Source: Alphaproteobacteria bacterium
Lineage (GTDB): Bacteria > Pseudomonadota > Alphaproteobacteria > SP197
Direction: 5' to 3'
NCBI GenBank assembly: GCA_964291415.2
Contig: OZ219920.1
Coordinates: forward strand, 288,001-352,000
DNA: 64,000 nucleotides
The position numbers and the translations under genes are program-made. Shown one piece after another: positions 9,035 through 19,297 of the stretch (within the stretch, counting starts at the first letter, position 1; each line of letters begins with the position of its first letter). The notes beneath the pieces were generated by a model. The model saw only the letters and a program-made list of their open reading frames with translations. It was not told where the DNA came from and searched no databases.

Positions 9035-10084
9035 TCAGATGAAACCGGTCAGGGCCTGAACGCACCAGCCCATGAGGACGGCCGCGCCAAGTCCCAGCCC
9101 GAGGTAGAGAGCGAAGACCTTGCGGCGAACGACGACGTAGACGGCCATGGCCGTGGGGATGCTGGTGATCTCGCCGCCGATGAGAAAGGCGATGGCTGCA
9201 CCCTGCTCCATGCCCAGTTGCAACAACCCGTCGATGACCGGCACTGCGGCATAGCCGTGAAGGTACGTGGGCATGCCGATGAACGCAGCCACCGGCACCG
9301 TCCACCAGGCGCCCGATCCGAGAACGCTGGCGGCGGCGTCCGGCGGCACCCAGGCGAGAAGCAGGCTTTCAATGACGAATGCGAGGGTCAGCCACTTCAC
9401 CATGAAGAGACCGATGGCGCGGGCCTGACCGACGAAACGGCTCCACCGCTCGGGGTCCCGCCAGAATGCCAGCATGACGGGTCTGGTGCTGTCGAGATCG
9501 CATCCCGTGCCGTAGACCGTGCCCAGGTCCGCGAATGGGATGTCGGGCTTGAGGGGTGATTGGACCCAGGCAAGACGGGCGAGTGCAAGCGTCGCAAAGC
9601 CGGCGAGAAGTCCGGAGACGATCGCCGTGCCCGTGCGCACGAGAGCGAACGGGAGGTCGATGATTCCTGCGGTAAGGACGAACATTTCCGGGTCGATGAG
9701 CGGAGAGCCCACCCAGAAGGCCATGACGGGCGCCAGTGGTACGCCCGCGGCCAGCAGCCCGGCCACGAGCGGCACTACGCTGACCGAGCAGAAGGGGGAG
9801 AGGGCGCCCAGCACACCGGCGATGACCACGGCTTCCCCGGCGCGCCGCCGCAGGGATTCCCCGAGAGGGCGGTCGAGGGCCGTGGCGGCAATCGATGCCG
9901 CGAGCACGGCCGAGACAAGGACGAAGGGCAGGGTCCAGAGCCAGCTGGTGGCGAGGAACTCCAGCGAGACAAGGAACAGGTCCCTGTCAAGGACGAGGAC
10001 ACCGAGCAGGATGAGGGCGGATGCCGCCCACACCCTGTCGATGCGTCGAAGATGCGTCGATGCCTGGCCGGTGGCGACGGTCAT
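9035..10084 (-). CDS. DUF318/ArsP-like permease
   Basis: Multi-TM protein with SPFCSVSVVP, PLAPVMAFWVGSPLIDP, PTYL.GYAA.P and AFLIGG.ITSIP. Confidence 0.85.
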   Translation of the reverse strand: MTVATGQASTHLRRIDRVWAASALILLGVLVLDRDLFLVSLEFLATSWLWTLPFVLVSAVLAASIAATALDRPLGESLRRRAGEAVVIAGVLGALSPFCSVSVVPLVAGLLAAGVPLAPVMAFWVGSPLIDPEMFVLTAGIIDLPFALVRTGTAIVSGLLAGFATLALARLAWVQSPLKPDIPFADLGTVYGTGCDLDSTRPVMLAFWRDPERWSRFVGQARAIGLFMVKWLTLAFVIESLLLAWVPPDAAASVLGSGAWWTVPVAAFIGMPTYLHGYAAVPVIDGLLQLGMEQGAAIAFLIGGEITSIPTAMAVYVVVRRKVFALYLGLGLGAAVLMGWCVQALTGFI

Positions 10085-10085
10085 G

Positions 10086-10250
10086 TCAGCGAGTGTAGCG
10101 ATCGAAGGGTCCCCGTGTCATCAGGAGGACCCGGTCGGACGTGTCGGCATGGCCATCAAGACCGATGTCCCGAAGCAGGTGGTGGTCGAGACGCCTGATC
10201 TCGTCGATGGTCCGGCGACGCACGAGGGACTTGCGGATGCGATCAAACAT
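10086..10250 (-). CDS. DUF1127 small Arg-rich protein
   Basis: RRRTIDEIRRLDHHLLRDIGL signature; divergent from a LysR gene. Confidence 0.8.
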   Translation of the reverse strand: MFDRIRKSLVRRRTIDEIRRLDHHLLRDIGLDGHADTSDRVLLMTRGPFDRYTR

Positions 10251-10345
10251 TTCTTGATCTCCGATCTGAACTGTGACCTTGATATTGTGTCTGAATTGGC
10301 CGCATGCAAGCGAGATGTGTTGCACAGATCTTCAAGTATTTCTCA

Positions 10346-11275
10346 ATGAATGAACGTTTGCCCTCGCTCAACGCCCTGCGAGCACTCGACGCCGCCGGAA
10401 GACACCTGAGCCTCACCCGGGCCGCCATTGAACTCAACGTGACGCCGGCGGCAGTCAGTCACCAGATCCGCCTTCTCGAGAAGGATCTCGGTGTCACCCT
10501 TCTCGAACGCGAGGGACGCGGGATCAGGCCGACACCCGCGGCCCTGGCCGGCATGGCGGAACTGCGCCGGGGATTCGACCATGTGGCAGAAGCTGTCCGC
10601 CGCATGCGCGATACCCGGACCGAGCCGCTCCTGCGGGTCACGTCCGAGACCACCTTTGCCGGCAACTGGCTGGTTCCGCGGCTCGCCCGTTTCCGCGAAC
10701 GCTGTCCGCATCTCGATGTTCTCATCGATGCCTCGGACCGCCTTGTCGACTTTGATCGAGAGGACTTCGACATCGGTGTCAGGTGGGGTGGCGGCGACTA
10801 TCCCGGGCTGGCCGCCGAAAAGCTCTTTGATGATGAGGAGGCCTTTGCGGTCTGCCATCACTCCCTGCTGCACGGTCGCCATCCCATCACCGAACCCCGG
10901 GACCTCGTTCACCACACGCTGATTCACCTCGATTGGCCCACCGGCAAGGGATACTGGCCGACCTGGGACGAGTGGTTCGACGCGGCCGGAGTCTCCAGCG
11001 TCGACACCACGCGGGGACTGCGCTTCACGGTTCACAGCCACGCCCTCCGGGCCGCCGTGGAGGCCCAGGGAGTGGTTCTGACGACACCGTTGCTGGTCGA
11101 TGCCGATCTGCGGTCCGGGTTGCTCGTGGAGCTCTTCGATCTTCGTCTGCCCACCGGGACGCAGACCTATGTCGTCAATCACCGCAAGAGGTCGGACGAA
11201 ACGGCGATCCAGGCATTCAGGAACTGGCTGCTTGAAGAGGCAGGGACGACCCTTGCCGGCATGGCGGAGCGCTGA
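10346..11275 (+). CDS. LysR transcriptional regulator (GcvA-like)
   Basis: LPSLNALRALDAAGRHLSLTRAAIELNVTPAAVSHQIR HTH; WLVPRL. Confidence 0.95.
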   Translation: MNERLPSLNALRALDAAGRHLSLTRAAIELNVTPAAVSHQIRLLEKDLGVTLLEREGRGIRPTPAALAGMAELRRGFDHVAEAVRRMRDTRTEPLLRVTSETTFAGNWLVPRLARFRERCPHLDVLIDASDRLVDFDREDFDIGVRWGGGDYPGLAAEKLFDDEEAFAVCHHSLLHGRHPITEPRDLVHHTLIHLDWPTGKGYWPTWDEWFDAAGVSSVDTTRGLRFTVHSHALRAAVEAQGVVLTTPLLVDADLRSGLLVELFDLRLPTGTQTYVVNHRKRSDETAIQAFRNWLLEEAGTTLAGMAER

Positions 11276-11280
11276 GGAGG

Positions 11281-12544
11281 TCAGCTCACGATATCAAGCA
11301 GGCGGAACCATGCGCCCGCCAGGGGGAGAAGGGCAGAGCGGGTGGCATGTCCCGGCAGTGCCGGCCACGTGAGATCGCGCCAGGGATTGGCTTCGGCATC
11401 TCCCGCCATCACCCTCGCCATGACCTCGCCCATGTGGACGGACATCTGGACACCGTGGCCGCTGTAGCCCATGGCGTGGTGGCAGCCGTCGAAGACTCCT
11501 GCCCGGGGCAGCCGATCCATGGTCATGTCAAGCATGCCGCCCCAGCAGTAGTCGACACGGACATCGTCGAGGACAGGAAAGATCTGTTTCATCGAGCGGG
11601 CAAGGAGGCGTCCGCTCTTCCTGTCCGAGCCCGGATCCGAATGGGCGAAGCGGGCCCGCCCGCCAAAAATCAGCCGGTTGTCCGGCGCCATGCGGAAGTA
11701 GTGCCCGGTGTGTTTCGTGGTGACCGCCGTGCGGCGTGTCGGCATGATCGCATCGACAAGATGCTGTGCCAGCGGTCCGGTCGCGATGATGACACTGCCG
11801 ACGGCCAGGATTCGACGATTGAGATGGGGAAAGGCGGGACCGGTTCCGGCTCCGGTGGCCACGAGGACCTCTTCTGCTTCAAGCGTACCCATGGCTGTCT
11901 CGAGTTCGTGGCCGCCCCCGCCGGGTGACGCCGGTGTTCTCCCAGATCCTGGCGCCGTGGCGATGTGCAGCCCGGGCGAGCCCGTTGCCAAAACGCCCGG
12001 GGTGGAGCGTCGCGCTCCGGTGGTAGACCAGGCCGCCGTGAAACCGTGCCGAGCCGATTTCCCGGGTAAGGTCCCCGGGGCCAACCAGGCTGGTCTGCGG
12101 ATCGATCCCGGATGCCAGGAGCGCGTGGGTCCGGGAGAGCGAGTCGAGGTGGGAGGGCTTTGCCGCCAGCTGGGTCTTGCCGCTGCGCCGGAAGCCGCAG
12201 TCTATGCCTTCGCGCGCGACGACCCGTTCGACAGTCTCGACTGCCCGATCGAAGGTCCGGTAGAAGGTCCGCGCCCGTTCCAGGCCGAACGCGTCGGCCA
12301 CCGTCGCGACCTGTCGGACCAGACCGTTGTTGCAGTGTCCGCCATTGCGCCCGGAAGCGGCGCCGGCCACGCGTCCGGCTTCGAGGACCACGACGTCGAT
12401 TCCGTCGCGGGCCATGGCCAGTGCCGCCGACAGTCCGGTGAAACCCCCACCGATCACCGCCGTCTGGCATCGTGCCGGCAGGCTTGCGGTCTCAGCGCAA
12501 CGGAACGCCGGCGCCGTGTCGAGCCAGCAGGAGAGGGGCTTCAT
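11281..12544 (-). pseudogene. FAD-dependent oxidoreductase (DAO/PuuB family), frameshifted near 11920
   Basis: N-half has IGGGFTG...GAASGRNGG; C-half (YFR...FGGR, WGG, GYSGHGV) is in another frame. Confidence 0.8.
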
Positions 12545-12568
12545 GGCCCGCGGGCCTTCCCGCCTCGA

Positions 12569-13546
12569 TTATGTCTGCGGGCGCCCGAAGAGGCGAAGCC
12601 TGTTGACGCCGCCGTCGGGAATCATGTTGAAACGCACATGGCTGACGGTCCCGAGGTCCGCCACTTCGCTCTCGAACAGGTGAACCTGGTCCATGGCGAG
12701 CTTCTGTTCCCCCAGAAGGTCGCTCCAGTAGAGGGATGAGGCGACGGCCGACGAATCGTCGGCTTCATGCAGGGCCGCCTGGATGGAACAGCGATCGGGG
12801 TAGTTGCCCTTGAAGTGCGTGGTGTCGACCACGACCCGCGAGATGACGCCGGGGCAGGCCAGTCGGAAGAGCGCCCATTCGTTGCCGGGCACCCGCCGCC
12901 GGCTGGTTTCCCAGCCCTCCGCCATGGTGGCGCCGGTTCCGGGGTAGAGAATGTTGGCGGGCGAGCCGTAGTGCCGGTCGCTGCAGGCCACCAGCCAGCC
13001 ACCATTCTCGATGGCGACGAGGTCCGCCTCGCCGACTCCCGTCCAGTCACGGGCGAAGGGACCATGGACCCGCAACCGGGCGATGCCGCCATCGGGGTAG
13101 ATGTTGAGACGGACGTGGGTCCACGGGCCGTCATGCGCAACACCGTGGAGATGATGGGAATCTCCCGTGAGCGGTACCGGTGAAAGGATTTCGCGCCACT
13201 CGGTCGCCTCGTCGGGATCACCGTCGGCCCGGCAGGCATCGATGGAGGCCGACGGCGGATAGTTTCCCGTGAAGTGGCTGGTGTCGATATCGACACCCTT
13301 GATGTACCCGCACCCGGCGAGCCTGACGATGCAGCAGTCGTGACCCGTTGTCCTCTTGCGCCGTGTTTCCCAGCCGTCCATCCACTTGCCGTGATCGTCG
13401 TACCGCCCGGCATGAAACTCGGCGGGCGTGGGCTGCAGCATGCGTTCGGCGGGCGCGAACCATGCGTCGCTGGCATGAAGAGCCACGGCGCCGAGGCGGC
13501 TGTCCGCCAGATTCGGCCAGCGAGAGGTGAAGTCGTCGTTCATCAC
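12569..13546 (-). CDS. alc: Allantoicase
   Basis: [23 protein letters not shown] and [13 protein letters not shown], repeated in two domains. Confidence 0.95.
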   Translation of the reverse strand: MMNDDFTSRWPNLADSRLGAVALHASDAWFAPAERMLQPTPAEFHAGRYDDHGKWMDGWETRRKRTTGHDCCIVRLAGCGYIKGVDIDTSHFTGNYPPSASIDACRADGDPDEATEWREILSPVPLTGDSHHLHGVAHDGPWTHVRLNIYPDGGIARLRVHGPFARDWTGVGEADLVAIENGGWLVACSDRHYGSPANILYPGTGATMAEGWETSRRRVPGNEWALFRLACPGVISRVVVDTTHFKGNYPDRCSIQAALHEADDSSAVASSLYWSDLLGEQKLAMDQVHLFESEVADLGTVSHVRFNMIPDGGVNRLRLFGRPQT

Positions 13547-14050
13547 TCAGCTCACCAGAATGTCGTTGCCGGAAAGCGACATGGTCTCGCAGTCCTCGTC
13601 GAAGGTTGTGCCCCTGTCGATCACCAGGAAATCACTGGCATCGAGGGCAATGAGAGGGTGGTGCCAGACCCCCGGATGGAGATTGATTCCCGTGCCATCG
13701 CGCGCCACGAAGCACCGCATGGCGTCGATTTCCGCCTTCGGGCCCGGCGGCGCCACGGCGACGAGATAGGTTGATCCGGCGAGCGGCACGAAGGCCTGAC
13801 TCGACAGGAGATGGCGTTCCATGAGGCGCAGCCGGAAAGGAAGCGTGGCCGGTTTCAGCACCTGGAAGATGCTGATGACGGGTCTGCCGCCATCCGCCGT
13901 CACGTCCACATTCGCGAGGTCGTGATGGCGCAGCACATCGCCGCTGTTGATGGCCACCGAAGCATCGGGATCGCGTTCGATCACGTCACCGAAGGCAGCA
14001 AAGCCCTCCGACGTCAACTCCTCCGCCTTGATCTCGCAGCGTGCCATCAC
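13547..14050 (-). CDS. allA: Ureidoglycolate lyase
   Basis: LTSEGFAAFGDVI, MERHLLSSQAFVP and GINLHPGVWHHPL; next to alc. Confidence 0.92.
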   Translation of the reverse strand: MMARCEIKAEELTSEGFAAFGDVIERDPDASVAINSGDVLRHHDLANVDVTADGGRPVISIFQVLKPATLPFRLRLMERHLLSSQAFVPLAGSTYLVAVAPPGPKAEIDAMRCFVARDGTGINLHPGVWHHPLIALDASDFLVIDRGTTFDEDCETMSLSGNDILVS

Positions 14051-14178
14051 CGTCCGTCATGTCGCCAAGGCAGCATTAACCCTTCCGCGGTCTGTCCGGT
14101 CAAGGTCTCCGCGTTGCAGGATTCGTCCCCCGTCCATAGACTTCAACGGCACGGGCCCGCAAGGGGAGCGTGAAGGGC

Positions 14179-15099
14179 ATGGGCATCAGGATTGTCGTCG
14201 CACCAACGGATGGCCACTGGTTCGATTTCCTGCGCCAACGCTCCGACCTCGGTGAGGTCAACTTCTGGAGTCCCTCCGGCCAGAACTTCGGGAAGGTTCA
14301 GAGCGGAGAACTCGTTCTCTTCAAGCTGAAGGGGCGGGTCAACAAGATTGCTGGTGGAGGCGTCTACACCCATTTCAGCAAGATGCCGTTGTCTCTGGCC
14401 TGGGAAGCGTTCGGGGAAGCGAATGGCGCAGCCTCGCTCGAGCAGGTGCGGGCCATCATCAGCAGCTATCACAAGGTTGACTCTCAAACGAAGGCTGACT
14501 TCCCCATTGGCTGCCGCATCCTCACTCGGCCCTTCTTCTTCGAAGAGGCACAGTGGATGCCTCCCCCTGACAGCTTTTCACCCAACATCGTCACGTCCAA
14601 GAGCTACGATACCAGCGATGCGGATGGGCGAGCCCTGTGGGACCAGGTGATCGAACGCATGGGTTTGTTTGCCGGGTCCGGTTTGCCGGAGGAGAACGCC
14701 CGATTCGGCAAGCCGCAGATCATCCAGCCGCGCCTCGGACAGGGGGCATTCCGCGTTGTCGTCACCGATGCCTATCGGCGCCGCTGCGCGGTGACGGGGG
14801 AACGCACGCTGCCGGTGCTCGATGCGGCCCATATCCATCCTTACAGCGAGGGCGGTCCGCACAGGGTGAGCAACGGGCTGCTGCTGAGGCGCGATCTTCA
14901 CAAGCTCTTCGACGACGGCTACGTGACGGTGTCGCCGGACCTGCGCTTCGAGGTGAGCCGCCGCATCAGGGACGATTACGAGAACGGCCGTGCGTACTAC
15001 GCGCTGCAGGGCAGGAAGCTTCGTCTTCCCGTCAACGCCCATGAACGACCGAACGGCATTGCCCTTGCCTGGCACAACGACAACCGCTACCTCGGATGA
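14179..15099 (+). CDS. HNH endonuclease, putative restriction/defence nuclease
   Basis: RLGQGAFR...AYRRRCAVTG...LDAAHI...HRVSNGLLLRRDLHKLFD; N-terminal TD..WFDFL...EVNFW domain. Confidence 0.9.
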   Translation: MGIRIVVAPTDGHWFDFLRQRSDLGEVNFWSPSGQNFGKVQSGELVLFKLKGRVNKIAGGGVYTHFSKMPLSLAWEAFGEANGAASLEQVRAIISSYHKVDSQTKADFPIGCRILTRPFFFEEAQWMPPPDSFSPNIVTSKSYDTSDADGRALWDQVIERMGLFAGSGLPEENARFGKPQIIQPRLGQGAFRVVVTDAYRRRCAVTGERTLPVLDAAHIHPYSEGGPHRVSNGLLLRRDLHKLFDDGYVTVSPDLRFEVSRRIRDDYENGRAYYALQGRKLRLPVNAHERPNGIALAWHNDNRYLG

Positions 15100-15344
15100 C
15101 TAGGACCGAGTGATCAGACAACGCCCTGGAGGTAAGCCGATGTTCAGAATGTTGGCGGTCATGATGCGCCTACTCGCACTCTTCAGCGCCGCAGGCAAGG
15201 GACCCGCCGGTATCGCCCGGTATGGCGTGCGCCGCGCCGCACACCGGGGACTGCGCCGGGGCATGAGGAAGTTCAGGCTTTGATCGCGGGGCATCTCGCG
15301 GCTGCCCCGGGAGTTCGTGGCAGCGGCTGCGGGGCAACAGGGAC

Positions 15345-17084
15345 ATGAGTTTCAGCGTCAAAGACATCGAAATCCGGTTGCGGTCAGGGGAAGACAGCGG
15401 CTGGGAGTTCAAGCAGGTCGAGTTCGTCGGTGATCGTCCGAAGCGGCCGACACGCGGCGACTGGGCTGACGAGATTGCGGCCTTTGCCAATGCTGCCGGG
15501 GGGGTGTTGCTCGCTGGCGTTGCCGACGACGGCAACGTCATCGGCATATCGCGCACGCAGATAGCCAGCCTGGATTCCCTTCTCGTGGAGGTGAGCACCG
15601 ACACGATCAAGCCGCCTGTTCGCATCCGTACACATCACAAGGAATTGTCCAACGGCAAACTTGTTCTGCTGGCCGAAGTGCCGGAGAGCGACTCCGTGCA
15701 CGAGAGTCCTGGCGGATGCTACATCCGTGTGGGCGCCTCGAAGAGGCTCCTGGCCGGTGATGAGCGGCTGCGATTGGCACAAAGACGGTTGCAGGCGCGA
15801 TTCCTGTGGTTCGACAAGCAGCCGGTGCCTGAAACCGGATTCAGGACATTGACCGAAGCGCTCTGGAAACCGTTGCTGAGCGCTGAGGGTGCGGCCGAAC
15901 CGGAGGCAGCGCTCGGGAAGCTGGCGCTCCTTGAAGACGACGAGGCAGGGGTTCTTCGTGCTACTGTTGCAGGTGTTCTGTTGTGCACTCCAAATCCGGA
16001 ACGATGGCTCCCGAACGCCTGCATCACGGCGACCAGGTACCGTGGCGGAGACCGTTCATCGGGCCAGATCGATTCCCAGGAGATTACCGGACCCCTGAAC
16101 CAACAGATCGCCGGCGCCGTTGCCTTTGCCTCGAGAAACATGCACGTCGCGGCATTGAAGGAACCGGCTCGTTCAGATCTGCCCCAGTACAGTGAAAAGG
16201 CGTTGTTCGAAGCCTTGGTCAATGCGGTTGCCCATCGCGACTATTCCATGAGGGGAAGCAGGATTCGTCTATCCATGTTCGATGACCGTGTGGAGATTCA
16301 GTCTCCCGGTGCCTTGCCGAACAATCTGACGGTAGAGAGCATGGCTTCGCGGCAGTCCACCCGCAACGAGGCCCTGACTTCCGTCTTGGCGCGAATGCCT
16401 GTCGGCGGAACCCATGGCGGCGAAGAGAGACTGTATTTCATGGAGCGCCGAGGCGACGGCGTTCCCATCATTCGACGCGAGACATGGAACCTGTGTGCGA
16501 AGTATCCCGAGTACACGGTTGTCGACGATTCGGAGGTCCTGCTGGTCATTCCCGCGGCGTCACAAGAACGCAGCCCTGCCCGTGCCGTCATTTCGGCGCG
16601 GTCTGATGGCAGATCCCTGCCTGGCACCGATCTGCTTCTCCTGTTTCCGAACAAGACCTGGAAGCGGGCTACCACGGACATGCAGGGCGAAGCAGAGATC
16701 GATCTGCATACGACCCGGCTACCCATGACCGTATTCGCATCCGCGCCGGGACATGCCGCGTATCTGGAACGGAGTTGGACACCGAGCGAACGAGCGCTCG
16801 CGATCGATCTGGAGGCCGTGCCGGCAGGTGGAAGCGTCATATTCCCGGAGGCAACCGGCCATGTTCCAGGATTGAAGGGCAGGCTCAATCCCATTCGTGA
16901 TACCCATGACCGGACCTATCTCTATGCGTCGAACATCGCGATTGATGGAGGCAAGCAACAGCCGGTTCACTTTGTTCCCGGTGAGATTCTGCATTTGACC
17001 GATGCGGAAGGTACGGAACTGAGTGTGCGGATTATCGACATTGTCGGCCGGTCAGTTCTTGTCGAATACTTCGACACCCGGTGA
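15345..17084 (+). CDS. Schlafen/AlbA_2 + HATPase_c_4 (RecG C-terminal-like) protein with extra C-terminal domain
   Basis: GEDSGWEFK...IAAFANAAGG.LLAGVADDG; EALVNAVAHRDYS...FDDRVEIQSPG...RN...MERRGDG. Confidence 0.88.
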   Translation: MSFSVKDIEIRLRSGEDSGWEFKQVEFVGDRPKRPTRGDWADEIAAFANAAGGVLLAGVADDGNVIGISRTQIASLDSLLVEVSTDTIKPPVRIRTHHKELSNGKLVLLAEVPESDSVHESPGGCYIRVGASKRLLAGDERLRLAQRRLQARFLWFDKQPVPETGFRTLTEALWKPLLSAEGAAEPEAALGKLALLEDDEAGVLRATVAGVLLCTPNPERWLPNACITATRYRGGDRSSGQIDSQEITGPLNQQIAGAVAFASRNMHVAALKEPARSDLPQYSEKALFEALVNAVAHRDYSMRGSRIRLSMFDDRVEIQSPGALPNNLTVESMASRQSTRNEALTSVLARMPVGGTHGGEERLYFMERRGDGVPIIRRETWNLCAKYPEYTVVDDSEVLLVIPAASQERSPARAVISARSDGRSLPGTDLLLLFPNKTWKRATTDMQGEAEIDLHTTRLPMTVFASAPGHAAYLERSWTPSERALAIDLEAVPAGGSVIFPEATGHVPGLKGRLNPIRDTHDRTYLYASNIAIDGGKQQPVHFVPGEILHLTDAEGTELSVRIIDIVGRSVLVEYFDTR

Positions 17085-17137
17085 TGATGCCGTGCGCCTC
17101 TGTCAATGCCGCGACCGCCTGAACACAGCGAAGGCCG

Positions 17138-18026
17138 TCAGGTCATGGAGGCCTGAAAGATGCTGGCGATGGAGGAATCGAGCATGGCGTCGAACTCGCC
17201 GGCGCTCTGGGAGGCGTTGAGACCTTCGGTGAGGGCGCGGGAAAAGCTCGCGACGACACCGGGATTGAGTGCCAGGCGGCGGTTGGCCTCCTCGCGGGTG
17301 TAGCCGCCCGACAGCGCCACCACCTTCAGGACCTTCGGATGATCGACAAGGGCACGATGGAAACCGGGCTCCTCGGGAAGCGTGAGCTTGAACATCACCT
17401 TGCCGCGGTCGCCGAGGCGCTCGAGACCGGCGAGGAGAGCGTCCTTCAGGAGGGTTTCGGCGGCCGCCTTTCTCGGGGCTGTCGATGGCGACCTCCGGTT
17501 CGATGATCGGCACGAGGCCGCTGCCAAGGATCTCTTCGGCGATGGTGAACTGCTGCGAAACCACCGAGGCGACGCCTTCATCATCGGCAAGCCTGATGAC
17601 AGAGCGCATCTTGGTGCCGAAGACTCCGTTGGTCCGGGCGCGGGCGAGGAGCGGGTCGAGACCAGGAATCGGCTTCATGAGTTGAACGCCTGAGGATTCG
17701 GCCTCGAGACCCTTGTCGACCTTGAGGAAGGGCACGATTCCGTTGACGTCCCAGAGATAGCGGGCCGAGGGCTGTCCCCCGATCGTCCGGTCCATGGTGT
17801 TCTCGAAGAGTATGGCGCCGAGGATGCGCAAGCCGTCGAAGGACGGACTGGTGATGATTCTCTCACGCATGCCATGAATGATGGAGAACATGTCCTCGTC
17901 GCTCTCCCAGGCATCGTCCCCGATGCCGTAGAGCCGCAGGGCCTTGGGCGTACTGCCGCCACTCTGGTCGAGTGCCGCCAGAAATCCCGGTGCACGTTCC
18001 ATTCTCGCGAACTGTTCCGTCGTCAT
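17138..18026 (-). pseudogene. Class I fructose-bisphosphate aldolase, frameshift near 17470
   Basis: FLAALDQSGGSTPKAL, PFLKVDKGL, GTKMRS and PIIEPEV, then MFKLTLP, VALSGGY and ASFSRAL in another frame; one extra base in an A-run. Confidence 0.85.
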
Positions 18027-18107
18027 CGCCGATGTCCGGGGTTGGTCCCTCACCATCAATACCAACAGGGGCGCCGGGCGGAAATGGCAGCCCTGTGGAT
18101 GGGCTCT

Positions 18108-19283
18108 TCAGACGCGTTGAAAGCGGGTGCGGTAGGCGCGGGGACCGCTGCCGCTCTTCGGGAAAGGTCCTTCCTCGAGGAAGCGCTCATGGCACCGCTG
18201 CAAGGCCCTGGAATCGAGCGTGACTCCGAGACCGGGTCCTTCGGGCACCGGCACGAAGCCATCCCTGGGCACCGGAGTGCCCTCCTGTGTGACATCGTCG
18301 GCATACCAGCGGAACAGGGTCTGGCTGGGTTCCCGTACGTGCTCCATGGCCGCCGAGACCTGCAGGTAGGCGGCGCTCGCCACCCCGGTTTCGCCGCTGT
18401 GAAAACGGAAGCCGATGTCGAATTGCTCGCAGGCGCGGATGAATCCGACCGTGCGGGCGATCCCGCCGAGTTCGACGAGGTTGGTGACAAGCGTATCCGG
18501 TGCGCCCAGCTCGACGGCCAGCGGCAGGTCGAGAACATGGGTCGAGAAGCTGGCCCGGGTGACCGGACGCAGTTGCGCCATTTCGCGGTAGGTCTCGACC
18601 GGATCCTCGTAGTAGTGGATGACGTACTCGTCGAACCGCCGCATTGCCTCGCGGGCCGTCTGGACGGTCCAGCCGCCGTTGGCATCGAGCTTGAGCGGAC
18701 GGTCGCCGATGGCCTCGCGTATGAGGCGAACCATCCTGACCTCCTCATCGAGCCCTACCGTCGCCACCTTGCCTTCGAAGTTCGTGGCGCCATGCTCGTC
18801 GATCATGCGGGCACAGTAGGCGGCGATCTCTTCCGGTGTCTGCTCGCCCTGTTCGGTGACGCCGGGGAGGCGAAAACCGAAGTACTCGGAGAGTTCGATC
18901 CGCGATCTCGACGCACCGCCCAGCAGCACATGGAGCGGCACGTTCTCGCCGCGCGCCCGCGCATCCCACATCGCCATCTCGATCCCGCCGAACGCGCGGG
19001 TCTGTCCCTGGACATCGCCCCAGGGCGAATAGCGAATGCCGGGCAGGCAGAGACGTTCGGCGGTTCCCGTCTCGCGGACATCGACCCCGCCCAGCGCCTC
19101 GCCCATGGCCTCCACGTCGCGGGCCCGGTCACCATCGGCGACCTCGCCCAGTCCGGTGATCCCGGCGTCTGTCGTCAGCTCGACGATGGTCTTGGTGAGC
19201 GACCTCACCGATCCGTGGCTGAAGACGTAAGGGGCGGTGAAGGGGATGTTGACCGGGGTCGCCCGCACTCCGGTGATCTTCAT
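18108..19283 (-). CDS. Enolase superfamily, mandelate racemase/muconate lactonizing (glucarate dehydratase-like) enzyme
   Basis: TDAGITGLGE, IEMAMWD.RAR, LDANGGW, YYEDP and HSGE. Confidence 0.85.
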   Translation of the reverse strand: MKITGVRATPVNIPFTAPYVFSHGSVRSLTKTIVELTTDAGITGLGEVADGDRARDVEAMGEALGGVDVRETGTAERLCLPGIRYSPWGDVQGQTRAFGGIEMAMWDARARGENVPLHVLLGGASRSRIELSEYFGFRLPGVTEQGEQTPEEIAAYCARMIDEHGATNFEGKVATVGLDEEVRMVRLIREAIGDRPLKLDANGGWTVQTAREAMRRFDEYVIHYYEDPVETYREMAQLRPVTRASFSTHVLDLPLAVELGAPDTLVTNLVELGGIARTVGFIRACEQFDIGFRFHSGETGVASAAYLQVSAAMEHVREPSQTLFRWYADDVTQEGTPVPRDGFVPVPEGPGLGVTLDSRALQRCHERFLEEGPFPKSGSGPRAYRTRFQRV

Positions 19284-19297
19284 GGGGTCCAGCCTCG

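Noticed and set aside
17460-17480. Programmed ribosomal frameshift in the aldolase gene
   Set aside because: There is only a 3-nt A-run, no canonical slippery heptamer and no precedent I know of in this family
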